Assembly: GCA_031361295.1 (NCBI GenBank)
Contig: JANMCN010000229.1
Location: 5,717-69,716 of the forward strand
Direction of reading: 5' to 3'
DNA length: 64,000 bases
DNA from: Acidobacteriota bacterium
Lineage (GTDB): Bacteria; Acidobacteriota; Vicinamibacteria; Vicinamibacterales; 2-12-FULL-66-21
Both the position numbers and the translations under genes were made by a program. Below the pieces are notes generated by a model. The model worked only from the letters and a program-made list of their open reading frames with translations. It had not been told where the DNA came from and ran no database searches. The number at the start of each line of letters is the position of its first letter. The first letter of the stretch is position 1. Positions 55,315 to 64,000 of this stretch are shown here, one piece after another.

Positions 55315-55376
55315 TAGCTGCCAGCTGCCAGCTCCCAGCTGCCAGCTGGAAGCCGGAAGCTGGAAGCTGGTAGCTA
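55315..55376. repeat. loop-less heptad palindrome, AGCT-core family (rpsM | rpmJ gap)
   Basis: The left half is tagctgccagctgccagctcccagctgccag and the right half is ctggaagccggaagctggaagctggtagcta. The dyad is at CAGCTG 55343-55348, and 26 of 31 positions are complementary by hand count. The rpmJ stop (TAG) lies inside the terminal heptad. Confidence 0.9.
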
Positions 55377-55487
55377 TCCCTGTCTCTGCTTGTGCTTCTG
55401 GTTCGCGCAAATCACCCGCACCACGCCCTGGCGGCGGACAATTTTGCACTTGTCACAAATCTTCTTCACCGACGCTCGGACCTTCAT
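55374..55487 (-). CDS. rpmJ: 50S ribosomal protein L36
   Basis: It is not in the ORF track because it is too short. My translation is [37 protein letters not shown] (37 aa, stop TAG). It lies at the canonical infA-rpmJ-rpsM position. Confidence 0.93.
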   Translation of the reverse strand: MKVRASVKKICDKCKIVRRQGVVRVICANQKHKQRQG

Positions 55488-55510
55488 ACCCGTTCCTTCT
55501 TCCTGGTCGC

Positions 55511-55744
55511 TCACCGCGACTTGACGACGGCGACAATCCGGCCGCGCGTCAGGTCCCGGGGCGACAGTTCCATCCGCACGCGATCCCCGATCAGCACGCG
55601 GATGAAATTCCGTCCAGCCCCGCCGGGCGCGTGCGCCACGACCTGCCGCTCGTGCTCGATTCCCACCCGGTACAACCCATGGGGCAGGGCGTCGAGCACG
55701 GTGCCTTCGACTGTGACCGCACCGTCGCGCCCGGTCTCAGCCAC
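55511..55744 (-). CDS. infA: translation initiation factor IF-1
   Basis: It reads [59 protein letters not shown]. Confidence 0.95.
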   Translation of the reverse strand: MAETGRDGAVTVEGTVLDALPHGLYRVGIEHERQVVAHAPGGAGRNFIRVLIGDRVRMELSPRDLTRGRIVAVVKSR

Positions 55745-55751
55745 CGGAACG

Positions 55752-56515
55752 CTACACCGCGGGCGTCGACACGCTGCGACGGGTGAGCACGAGGGGCCCG
55801 CTCTTCGTGACGGCCACCGTGTGCTCGAAGTGCGCCGACAGGCTGCCGTCCTTCGTGACCGCCGTCCACCCGTCCTGCAGCACCTTCACCGCCGGCCTCC
55901 CGACATTCACCATCGGCTCGATCGCGAGCGTCATGCCTTCCGCGAGCCGCGGTCCGCGTCCGGGCTCGCCGTAGTTCGCGATCTGCGGCTCTTCGTGCAG
56001 CGCCGACCCGATCCCGTGCCCGACGAACTCGCGCACGACGGACAACCCGTGGGCCTCCACGTGCTGCTGGATGGCATGCCCGATGTCGGAGATCCGGCCG
56101 CCCAGCCGGACCTGCTCGATGCCTTTCTCGAGCGACTCGCGCGTGACGCGCAGCAGCGTCGCGGCCTCGTCCGACACCGCGCCGACCGGCACCGTCACGG
56201 CCGAGTCGCCGTAGAAGCCATTCAGCTTCACGCCCATGTCGAGGGAGATGATGTCTCCTTCGACCAGCGCGCGCGCCGACGGGATCCCGTGGACGACCTG
56301 TTCGTTCACGGACGCGCACAGCGTGCAGGGATAGCCGCGATAGCCTTTGAACGCCGGCTCGGCACCGCCGGCCCTCACCAGCTTCTCGGCCGCCAGGTCG
56401 AGATCGAGCGTCGTGACGCCAGGCGCGACCATCGTCGCAAGTTCCGCGAGGACGTCAGCCACGAGCGCGTTCGCAGCGCGCATCCGCTCGATCTCGGTTG
56501 GCGACTTGCACACAA

Positions 56516-56519
<4 letters not shown>
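55752..56519 (-). CDS. map: type I methionine aminopeptidase
   Basis: The GTG at 56519 makes a GTGA overlap with the adk stop and gives VIVCKSPTEIERMRAAN...GDIISLDMGVKLNGFYGDSA...FVGHGIG...EPM...HFEHTV. Track ORF 55752-58154 is this gene artificially extended through adk and secY in another frame. Confidence 0.93.
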
Positions 56520-57205
<686 letters not shown>

Positions 57206-58606
57206 TTACTGGCCCCGCCGCCCACGGATCCGGGTCTTCTTCATGAAGCCGTCGTAGTGCCGCATGATGAGCTGCGACTCGACCTGCTGCACGGTGTCCA
57301 TCGCCACGCCGACGATGATGAGCAGCGACGTGCCCCCCAAGAAGAACGACACCCCCATCCCCTGGGTGATGAACTGCGGCAGCGCCGCATCGAGACGTTC
57401 CCCGATGAACGGAATGGGCGCCACCTTGAACCCGCTGATGAGGAAGGTCGGCAGGATCGCGACCATCGCGAGGTAGATCGCGCCGACGATCGTGATGCGC
57501 GTCAGGATCGTGTCGATGTACTCGGCGGTGCGCTTGCCCGGACGGATCCCCGGGATGAACCCGCCATACTTCCGCATGTTCTCCGCCACGTCGTCCGGGT
57601 TGAAGATGATCGCGGTGTAGAAGTAACAGAAGAAGATGATCCCCACGACGTAGAGCAGGTCGTGCAGCGGCATGCCGGGGGCAATCTGCTCGATCGGCGA
57701 GCGCAGCCAGCCGAAGCGTCCTCCCTCCGTGACGAGCGGCGAGAGCGTGGCCGGGAACGCCAGGATCGACGAGGCGAAGATCACGGGGATGACGCCGCCC
57801 GTGTTGACCTTCAGCGGAATGTGCGTGCTCGATCCGCCGTACATCCTGCGGCCGACGACGCGCTTCGCGTACTGGACCGTGACGCGCCGGTGTCCGCGCT
57901 CGACGAAGACGATCGCCGCGATGACGCCGAACATCAGGACGACGAGCGCGACGAGGCGCAGCAGGCCCATCTGGCCGGTCTTGAGCTGCTCGAGCGTCGA
58001 GATGACCGCGTGCGGCAGGTTGACGACAATGCCGGCGAAGATGATGAGCGACATGCCGTTGCCGATGCCGCGCTCGGTGATCTGTTCGCCGAGCCACATG
58101 ATGAACGTCGTGCCCGTCGTCAGGGTGAGCACCGTCAGCAGCCGGAACGCCCATCCCGGGTTGTAGACGAGGGGGAGGCCTCCCGCGATGCCCGTGTTCC
58201 GCTCGAGAAAATAGGCAATCCCCAGCGCCTGCACGACGCTCAGCAGAATCGTCCCGTAGCGCGTGTACTGCGTGATCTTGCGCCGCCCGAGCTCGCCCTC
58301 CTTCGAGATCCGCTCGAGGTACGGCCAGACGACCGTCAGCAGCTGCAGGATGATCGACGCGCTGATATACGGCATGATGCCGAGCGCGAAGATCGTCATC
58401 TGGGACAGGTTCTTGCCCGAGAACATGTCGTACAGGCCGAACATCGTGTTCTTGGCCTGATCGACCAGCACCGCCAGCGCCGCGGGGTTGATCCCGGGCG
58501 TCGGGATATGGCCGCCGACACGATAGACGGCGAGCAGACCGAGCGTGAAAAACACACGCTTCCGGAGATCCGCGACCGCGAAGATGTTCTTGAGGCTTTC
58601 GAGCAT
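57206..58606 (-). CDS. secY: preprotein translocase subunit SecY
   Basis: This is a 466-aa, 10-TM protein that begins MLESLKNIFAVADLRKRVFFTLGLLAVYRVGGHIPTPG. Confidence 0.97.
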   Translation of the reverse strand: MLESLKNIFAVADLRKRVFFTLGLLAVYRVGGHIPTPGINPAALAVLVDQAKNTMFGLYDMFSGKNLSQMTIFALGIMPYISASIILQLLTVVWPYLERISKEGELGRRKITQYTRYGTILLSVVQALGIAYFLERNTGIAGGLPLVYNPGWAFRLLTVLTLTTGTTFIMWLGEQITERGIGNGMSLIIFAGIVVNLPHAVISTLEQLKTGQMGLLRLVALVVLMFGVIAAIVFVERGHRRVTVQYAKRVVGRRMYGGSSTHIPLKVNTGGVIPVIFASSILAFPATLSPLVTEGGRFGWLRSPIEQIAPGMPLHDLLYVVGIIFFCYFYTAIIFNPDDVAENMRKYGGFIPGIRPGKRTAEYIDTILTRITIVGAIYLAMVAILPTFLISGFKVAPIPFIGERLDAALPQFITQGMGVSFFLGGTSLLIIVGVAMDTVQQVESQLIMRHYDGFMKKTRIRGRRGQ

Positions 58607-58636
58607 GACACCCTTATGACACCGGCTTCCGCCGTG

Positions 58637-59080
58637 TTACGCCAGCACCTCTGCCTTGCCGCCCGCAGCGGCGATCTTCTCCGACGCCGAGCCGCTGAAC
58701 TTGTGCGCGTGGACCGTCAACGCCTTGTTGATCTCGCCACGCCCGAGCACTTTCACGCGCCCGGCGCGCCCGACCAGCCCGCGCTCGCGCAGCAGCTCGA
58801 CCGTCACGTCCGCGCCGGCCTCGAAGCGCTCCTCGAGCGTGTCGAGGTTCACGACCTCGTACTCCTGCCGGAAGATGTTGTTGAAGCCGCGCTTCGGCAC
58901 GCGGCGATGCAGAGGCATCTGGCCGCCTTCGAACCCGCGCTTGTGCGTGAAGCCGGATCGGGACTTCGCCCCCTTGTGCCCGCGGCCCGACTGCACACCC
59001 TGCCCGGACCCCTGCCCGCGGCCGACGCGCTTCTTCGAATGCTTCGCCCCCTTGGGCGGCTTCAGATTTGAGAGATCCAT
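58637..59080 (-). CDS. rplO: 50S ribosomal protein L15
   Basis: It begins [28 protein letters not shown]. Confidence 0.97.
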   Translation of the reverse strand: MDLSNLKPPKGAKHSKKRVGRGQGSGQGVQSGRGHKGAKSRSGFTHKRGFEGGQMPLHRRVPKRGFNNIFRQEYEVVNLDTLEERFEAGADVTVELLRERGLVGRAGRVKVLGRGEINKALTVHAHKFSGSASEKIAAAGGKAEVLA

Positions 59081-59086
59081 GCGTCC

Positions 59087-59302
59087 CTACTCCTGCACCG
59101 TCACGAGGTGACGGACCTTCAGAATCATGCCGCGCGTCGCGGGGGTGTCGAGGAGCTCGACCGAGTGGCCGATGCGCCGCAGGCCCATGCCCTGCACCGT
59201 CGCCCCCTGGGTGCGATCGAACCCGATCGGGCTCTTCACGAGCGTGATCTTCACCTTCCGGACGTCGCCGCTCTGTGCGGTCTGTGCGCTCTTTTTCGCC
59301 AT
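59087..59302 (-). CDS. rpmD: 50S ribosomal protein L30
   Basis: It reads VKITLVKSPIGFDRTQGATVQGMGLRRIGHSVE. Confidence 0.95.
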   Translation of the reverse strand: MAKKSAQTAQSGDVRKVKITLVKSPIGFDRTQGATVQGMGLRRIGHSVELLDTPATRGMILKVRHLVTVQE

Positions 59303-59305
59303 GGC

Positions 59306-59833
59306 TTACCGGGTCGCCGCGGCGAGATCGCCGGGCTGTTCTTCCTTGCCGCGCAGCTTGCGGACCGCGCCGGGATCTCTGAGGCCCATCAGCCCCGTGA
59401 ACGTCGCCCGCACCACGTTGTGCGAGTTCGCCGAGCCGAGCGACTTGGTGAGCACGTTCGAAATGCCGCACGCCTCGACAACGGCGCGCACGGCCCCTCC
59501 GGCGATGATGCCGGTGCCGTCCGGCGCCGGTTTGAGCAGAACCTGACCGGCGCCAAACCGGCCGAGCACCGGGTGCGGCACGGTCGTGCCGGCCAGGGGC
59601 ACGCGAATGAGCGACTTCTTGGCCGCCTCAATCCCCTTCTTGATCGCCGAGGGAACTTCCTTGGCCTTGCCGACGCCGAAGCCGACGACGCCCTGGCCAT
59701 CGCCGACGACCACGAGCGCGCTGAAACTCAGGTTCTTGCCGCCCTTGACCACCTTGGTGACGCGGCTGATGTTGACCACCGTGTCCTTGAGGTCGAGCTG
59801 CGACGCGTCGATTTTTTCTCGTGTTTCAATCAT
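59306..59833 (-). CDS. rpsE: 30S ribosomal protein S5
   Basis: It reads [46 protein letters not shown]. Confidence 0.97.
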   Translation of the reverse strand: MIETREKIDASQLDLKDTVVNISRVTKVVKGGKNLSFSALVVVGDGQGVVGFGVGKAKEVPSAIKKGIEAAKKSLIRVPLAGTTVPHPVLGRFGAGQVLLKPAPDGTGIIAGGAVRAVVEACGISNVLTKSLGSANSHNVVRATFTGLMGLRDPGAVRKLRGKEEQPGDLAAATR

Positions 59834-59840
59834 AAAAATA

Positions 59841-59919
59841 AGCTTCCAGCTTCCGGCTTCCGGCTTCCAGCTGAGACTCCCGATTGACCCCGGGAGCTGG
59901 CAGCTGGGAGCTGGGAGCT
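59841..59919. repeat. heptad-phased palindromic array, AGCT-core family (rpsE | rplR gap)
   Basis: It reads agcttccagcttccggcttccggcttccagctg, then agactcccgattgacccc, then gggagctggcagctgggagctgggagct. Confidence 0.9.
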
Positions 59920-59923
59920 TGCC

Positions 59924-60298
59924 TTAAAATTCCAACCCCGCCTCGCGCGCGGCTTCCGCCACGGCGCGGATCCGGCCGTGATACAGGAATCCGCCGCGGT
60001 CGAACACGACGCGCTTGATCCCCTTCTCGATGAGCCGCTCCGCGATGGTCTTGCCGAGGGCCTTGGCGCCCGCCACGTTGCCTCCCCGGACCGTGCCCTC
60101 GAAGGCGCTCTTGAGCGCCGGCTCGGTGCTCGCCGCCGACGCGAGCGTCGTCCCGGTCATGTCGTCGATCACCTGCGCGTAAATGTGCGAGACGCTCCGG
60201 AACACCCGAAGCCGGGGGCGCTCGGTGGTTCCGGCAATGCGCTTGCGCTGGCGGAGCGCGATGCGCCGGCGCCGATCCTTGGTCGTGTTGATCTTCAT
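59924..60298 (-). CDS. rplR: 50S ribosomal protein L18
   Basis: The ATG at 60298 gives [43 protein letters not shown]. The track start at 60385 reads through a repeat array. Confidence 0.95.
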   Translation of the reverse strand: MKINTTKDRRRRIALRQRKRIAGTTERPRLRVFRSVSHIYAQVIDDMTGTTLASAASTEPALKSAFEGTVRGGNVAGAKALGKTIAERLIEKGIKRVVFDRGGFLYHGRIRAVAEAAREAGLEF

Positions 60299-60300
60299 AT

Positions 60301-60383
60301 CTGCTACCAGCTTCCGGCTACCAGTTTCCAGTGCTCCCTGAATCAGTTTCCAGCTGGAAGCTGGAAGCTGGAAGCTGGAAGCC
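60301..60383. repeat. heptad-phased palindromic array, AGCT-core family (rplR | rplF gap)
   Basis: It reads ctgctaccagcttccggctaccagtttccag ... cagctggaagctggaagctggaagctggaagcc. Confidence 0.9.
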
Positions 60384-60388
60384 AAATG

Positions 60389-60928
60389 TCACTTCGCCCC
60401 CGTCTTGCCCGCCTTCTTCTTCAGCACTTCGCCCGTGTAACGCACGCCCTTCTGCTTGTACGGGTCCGGCTTGCGCAGGCGGCGGATATTCGCGGCGACC
60501 TGGCCGACGGCCTGGCGGTCGATGCCCGTCACGGTGATGTGCGTCTGCTTGTCGATCGCGACGTCGATGCCCGGCGGTATGTCGAAGACCACGATGTGCG
60601 AATAGCCGAGGGCGAAGATGACCTGCTTGCCCTTGAGCTCCGCGCGGTAGCCGACGCCGACGATGTCGAGATCCTTCCGGAAGCCCTCGGTGACGCCGCG
60701 CACGGCGTTCGCGACGAGGCTGCGGGCCAGCCCGTGGAACTTGCCGAGCTCGGGATCCTCGCGCAGCGTCCGCGCATGGAGGTGATCGCCGTCCACTTCG
60801 AACCCGATGCCCGCCGGCAGCGCCTGGCGCAGCTTCCCCTTGGGGCCCTGCACTTCGACCACACCCGGCTGCACGTCAATCTTGACGCCCTTCGGGATGG
60901 GGATGAACTTCTTGCCAATTCGCGACAT
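60389..60928 (-). CDS. rplF: 50S ribosomal protein L6
   Basis: It begins [33 protein letters not shown]. Confidence 0.97.
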   Translation of the reverse strand: MSRIGKKFIPIPKGVKIDVQPGVVEVQGPKGKLRQALPAGIGFEVDGDHLHARTLREDPELGKFHGLARSLVANAVRGVTEGFRKDLDIVGVGYRAELKGKQVIFALGYSHIVVFDIPPGIDVAIDKQTHITVTGIDRQAVGQVAANIRRLRKPDPYKQKGVRYTGEVLKKKAGKTGAK

Positions 60929-60934
60929 GGTTAT

Positions 60935-61048
60935 CAGCTTCCAGCTTCCAGCTGCCAGCTCCCAGCCAACAGCTTCAATATCCCGCTGCCCGCGCCTCCT
61001 GGCCCCCAGTCTCCCGTCGCTGGAAGCTGGCAGCCGGAAGCTGGTAGC
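60935..61048. repeat. heptad-phased palindromic array, AGCT-core family (rplF | rpsH gap)
   Basis: It reads cagcttccagcttccagctgccagctcccagccaacagcttc ... gctggaagctggcagccggaagctggtagc. Confidence 0.9.
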
Positions 61049-61054
61049 GTCATC

Positions 61055-61459
61055 TCACCACACATTACAGAGCACTTCACCGCCGACGCCCGCTTTGACC
61101 GCTTCGCGTCCGGTCATCACGCCGCGCGAGGTGGTGAGGATGCTGACGCCCAGCCCCGCGAGCACATCCGGCACGTCGTCGCGCCCGAAGTACACCCGGC
61201 GCCCGGGCCGGCTGACGCGCTGGATTCCGGTAATCACGCGCTCGCCGCGCGGCCCGTACTTGAGGAACATCTTGAGCTGCGCCTGGACCCGTTCGCCCGC
61301 CGCCGCCTCGAGGACCTTGAAGCCCTGGATGTAGCCTTCGCTCTCGAGGATGCGCGCAATCTCGACCTTGAGGCGCGACGACGGCATCTCGACCCGCGCG
61401 TGATGGGCAATCGTCGCGTTCCGGATCCGCGCGAGCATGTCTGCAATTGGATCTGTCAT
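61055..61459 (-). CDS. rpsH: 30S ribosomal protein S8
   Basis: It begins MTDPIADMLARIRNATIAHHARVEMPSS. Confidence 0.97.
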   Translation of the reverse strand: MTDPIADMLARIRNATIAHHARVEMPSSRLKVEIARILESEGYIQGFKVLEAAAGERVQAQLKMFLKYGPRGERVITGIQRVSRPGRRVYFGRDDVPDVLAGLGVSILTTSRGVMTGREAVKAGVGGEVLCNVW

Positions 61460-61476
61460 ATTTCTCGGCTCTCAAT

Positions 61477-61556
61477 AGCTTCCAGTTTCCAGCTTCCAGC
61501 TTCCAGCCCTGTGATTCAGCGTTCCGCCGGTGGCCGGACGCTGGGAGCTGGGAGCT
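61477..61556. repeat. heptad-phased palindromic array, AGCT-core family (rpsH | rpsN gap)
   Basis: It reads agcttccagtttccagcttccagcttccagcc ... ctgggagctgggagct. Confidence 0.85.
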
Positions 61557-61559
61557 GTC

Positions 61560-61745
61560 TCACCACGAACTCTTCGTCACGCCCGCGATGTCGCCGTCGA
61601 GCGCCAGCTTGCGGAAGCAGAGGCGGCAGAGGGCGAACTTCCGCAGGTAGGCACGGGGACGGCCGCAGCGGTGGCAACGGTTCCGCAGCCGGACCTTGAA
61701 CTTCGGCGTCTTGGCTTCCTTGGCGATTTTTGCAGTCGTGGCCAT
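61560..61745 (-). CDS. rpsN: 30S ribosomal protein S14, type Z (zinc-binding, 61 aa)
   Basis: It reads [34 protein letters not shown]...KSSW. Confidence 0.95.
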   Translation of the reverse strand: MATTAKIAKEAKTPKFKVRLRNRCHRCGRPRAYLRKFALCRLCFRKLALDGDIAGVTKSSW

Positions 61746-61758
61746 CGTGATTCGTTCC

Positions 61759-62301
61759 TTACGCGGTCCTGAACGGCATGCCGAGCAGCTGCAGGAGCTT
61801 GCGCGATTCTTCGTCTGATTTCGCGGTCGTCACGACCGAAATGTTCATGCCGCGCGCCTTGTCGACCTTCATGTAGTCGATCTCGGGAAACAGCAGCTGG
61901 TCCTTCAACCCGAGCGTATAGTTGCCGCGGCCGTCGAACCCCTTCGCGGAGACGCCGCGGAAGTCGCGGACGCGGGGGAGCGCGACGGAGATCAGCCGGT
62001 CCAGGAAGTCCCACATGCGATCGCCGCGCAGCGTCACCATGGAGCCAATCGGCATGCCCTGGCGCACCTTGAACTGCGCGATCGACTTCTTGGCGCGCGT
62101 GGCCACCGGCTTCTGTCCCGTGATCCGCGCCACTTCGTCGGCCCCCGTGTCGACGATCTTCGCGTTCTGGGTCGCTTCGCCGAGCCCCATGTTCACGACG
62201 ATCTTCTCGATCTTCGGGATCGCCATCACGTTCGAATAGCCGAACTCCTTCTTCAAGGCCGGCGCGACTTCCTTGTCGTAGCGTTCCTTCAAGCGGCTCA
62301 T
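61759..62301 (-). CDS. rplE: 50S ribosomal protein L5
   Basis: The ATG at 62301 makes an ATGA overlap with the rplX stop and gives [39 protein letters not shown]. The track start at 62685 is over-extended. Confidence 0.95.
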   Translation of the reverse strand: MSRLKERYDKEVAPALKKEFGYSNVMAIPKIEKIVVNMGLGEATQNAKIVDTGADEVARITGQKPVATRAKKSIAQFKVRQGMPIGSMVTLRGDRMWDFLDRLISVALPRVRDFRGVSAKGFDGRGNYTLGLKDQLLFPEIDYMKVDKARGMNISVVTTAKSDEESRKLLQLLGMPFRTA

Positions 62302-62630
62302 TTGTCGACCACTCCCTCGCACTTGCGGCAGACCCGGACTTTCCGCCCGTCGCCGAGGATCTTCTTGCCGACCCGCGTCGGCTTCCCGCACTCGGGACAT
62401 ACGATCTGCACGTTCGACGCGTGCAGGGCCGCCTCGCGCTCCACGACGCCGCCCTTGATTCCGCGCTGCGGATTGGGCTTCGTGTGGCGCTTGATCACGT
62501 TCACGCCTTCGACGATGAGGCGGTTGTTGTCCGGCACGACCTTCAGCACGCGCCCGCGCTTGCCGCGATCCTTGCCGGTAATCACGACCACGCTGTCGTT
62601 CTTCCGAATCGGAGTTGCTAGTCTTGACAT
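62298..62630 (-). CDS. rplX: 50S ribosomal protein L24
   Basis: It reads [24 protein letters not shown] (KOW motif). Confidence 0.95.
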   Translation of the reverse strand: MSRLATPIRKNDSVVVITGKDRGKRGRVLKVVPDNNRLIVEGVNVIKRHTKPNPQRGIKGGVVEREAALHASNVQIVCPECGKPTRVGKKILGDGRKVRVCRKCEGVVDK

Positions 62631-62636
62631 AACCCT

Positions 62637-62738
62637 TCAGCTTCCCGCTTCCAGCTTCCAGCTTCCCGCTTCCGGCTTCCAGCAAACCCTTGCTTCCTGC
62701 GTTTCCGGGCCGGGAGCTGGGAGCTGGGAGCTGGGAGG
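62637..62738. repeat. heptad-phased palindromic array, AGCT-core family (rplX | rplN gap)
   Basis: It reads tcagcttcccgcttccagcttccagcttcccgcttccggcttccagc ... cgggagctgggagctgggagctgggagg. Confidence 0.9.
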
Positions 62739-62741
62739 TGT

Positions 62742-63110
62742 CTAGAGCACCTCTGGCGCCAGCGAAATGATCTTCATGAACCGGCGCTCGCGCAGCTCGC
62801 GCGCGACGGGTCCGAACACGCGCGTGCCGATCGGTTCGTTCTGGTCGTTGATGAGCACGGCGGCGTTCCGGTCGAACCGGATGTAGCTGCCGTCCTTCCG
62901 GCGCTGCTCCTTGCGCGTCCGGACAATGACCGCCTTGACGACCTGCCCCTTCTTGACCGTCCCGTCCGGCGTGGCTTCCTTCACCGAGGCGGTGATGACG
63001 TCCCCCAGCCGGGCGTAGCGTCCCGTCGATCCGCCGATCGGATTGATCGCGGCGATCTTGCGCGCGCCCGAGTTGTCGGCGACGTCGAGAATCGATCGCA
63101 TCTGGATCAT
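62742..63110 (-). CDS. rplN: 50S ribosomal protein L14
   Basis: The ATG at 63110 gives [22 protein letters not shown]. Confidence 0.97.
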   Translation of the reverse strand: MIQMRSILDVADNSGARKIAAINPIGGSTGRYARLGDVITASVKEATPDGTVKKGQVVKAVIVRTRKEQRRKDGSYIRFDRNAAVLINDQNEPIGTRVFGPVARELRERRFMKIISLAPEVL

Positions 63111-63112
63111 GG

Positions 63113-63367
63113 CTAAAGCTCCTTCGCCTTCTCGACGACCCGCGTCACGACCCACCGCTTCCGGCGGCTCATCGGGCGGGCCTCGACGATCGCCACGCGA
63201 TCCCCGATCCGCACGTCATTCGCCTCGTTGTGCGCCAGGAACTTCGAGGTGCGCTTCTGGGTCTTGCCGTAGAGCGCGTCCCGAATCTGCCGCTGGACCG
63301 AGACCACGACGCTCTTGTCCATCTTGTCGCTGACGACGACGCCGGTGATCTCCGCTTTCGTGGCCAT
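63113..63367 (-). CDS. rpsQ: 30S ribosomal protein S17
   Basis: It reads [29 protein letters not shown]...[28 protein letters not shown]. Confidence 0.95.
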   Translation of the reverse strand: MATKAEITGVVVSDKMDKSVVVSVQRQIRDALYGKTQKRTSKFLAHNEANDVRIGDRVAIVEARPMSRRKRWVVTRVVEKAKEL

Positions 63368-63558
63368 TACGCCGTCTCCTTCTCGCGCAGCACCGTCTTC
63401 ACGCGCGCGAGATCACGCCGGACCGCCTGCAGCTTGTGCGCGGCCTCCAGCTGCCCCATCGATTTCTGGATGCGCAGCCGGAACAGCTGGTCGTCCATGT
63501 CCTTCTCCCGCTGCCGCAGCTCGTCGACCGCAAGGTCCCGGCATTCCGCCACCTTCAT
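63367..63558 (-). CDS. rpmC: 50S ribosomal protein L29
   Basis: This is a 63-aa protein reading [44 protein letters not shown]. Confidence 0.93.
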   Translation of the reverse strand: MKVAECRDLAVDELRQREKDMDDQLFRLRIQKSMGQLEAAHKLQAVRRDLARVKTVLREKETA

Positions 63559-63980
63559 GACGCCTTCTCCTCAGCGAACCTGGTCGCGAACTTCGTCTTG
63601 ATCGGGAGCTTCGCGGCGGCGAGCCGCATCGCGGCGCGCGCGTCGATCTCGTTGACTCCCTCCATCTCGAACAGGATGCGCCCGGGCCGGACGACGCAGA
63701 CCCATTCCTCGGGTGCGCCCTTGCCCTTGCCCATGCGGGTTTCCTGCGGCTTCTTCGTAATCGGCTTGTCCGGGAACACGCGGATCCAGATCTTCCCGCC
63801 GCGCTTGATCGCTCTCGTCATCGCGACGCGGGCGGCTTCAATCTGCCGGGCGGTCATCCAGCAGGGCTCGAGCGCCTTCAGCCCGTAATCGCCGAACGAC
63901 ACGTCAGACCCGCGCCAGGCCTTCCCTGCCATCCGACCGCGCTGCTGCTTGCGGTACTTGACCTTCTTCGGCATCAACAT
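63555..63980 (-). CDS. rplP: 50S ribosomal protein L16
   Basis: It begins [37 protein letters not shown]. Confidence 0.97.
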   Translation of the reverse strand: MLMPKKVKYRKQQRGRMAGKAWRGSDVSFGDYGLKALEPCWMTARQIEAARVAMTRAIKRGGKIWIRVFPDKPITKKPQETRMGKGKGAPEEWVCVVRPGRILFEMEGVNEIDARAAMRLAAAKLPIKTKFATRFAEEKAS

Positions 63981-64000
63981 AATTTGATCCTTGTAGCTGC

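Overview
This is a GC-rich bacterial chromosomal segment, roughly two-thirds G+C by eye. The pil gene order and protein styles resemble Acidobacteriota or Myxococcota genomes, but the phylum cannot be proven from this window. Nearly all genes are on the minus strand. The supplied ORF track labels GTG and TTG starts as M, and in this GC-rich DNA it often over-extends N-termini and lists long antisense shadow ORFs. I re-set starts where a 4-nt ATGA/GTGA stop-start overlap or a protein-family N-terminus indicated a better one.

The window has four blocks.

(1) 1-26650. This block opens with a sigma54 response regulator that runs off the left edge and is absent from the track. It is followed by a pilV-pilW-pilX minor-pilin module and a ~15 kb glycan-assembly island. 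The island holds about 9 glycosyltransferase-domain genes, a Wzm/Wzt exporter, a methyltransferase/deacetylase fusion, a GtrB-like domain, DUF2304 and a TMTC/PMT-like GT-C with TPRs. Two unknown genes follow, then a complete fimT-pilV-pilW-pilX-pilY1 module.

(2) 26862-42953. This is a Myxococcus-like core type IVa pilus cluster. Its order is pilB, pilT, pilC, pilS, pilR, two near-identical pilA genes, a third pilin, a VKOR-DsbA fusion, a pilH/pilI-like ABC pair, an unknown gene, pilD and a second sensor kinase.

(3) 43162-51650. This block holds an outer-membrane beta-barrel, a Yip1/MacA/two FtsX-permease set with no ATPase, a four-helix-bundle gene (23S-IVS protein / Avd family) and an EF-G paralogue.

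(4) 51661-64000. This is the spc/alpha ribosomal-protein cluster from rplP to rplQ, with secY-adk-map-infA-rpmJ. I added rpmJ by hand.

The most unusual signal is non-genic. A family of 7-nt-phased palindromic arrays (a 4-nt palindromic core, AGCT or ACGT, plus a 3-nt spacer) fills most of the long intercistronic gaps in the ribosomal and pil operons. A pair of these arms also brackets the four-helix-bundle gene. No rRNA, tRNA, CRISPR array, transposase or integrase was seen.
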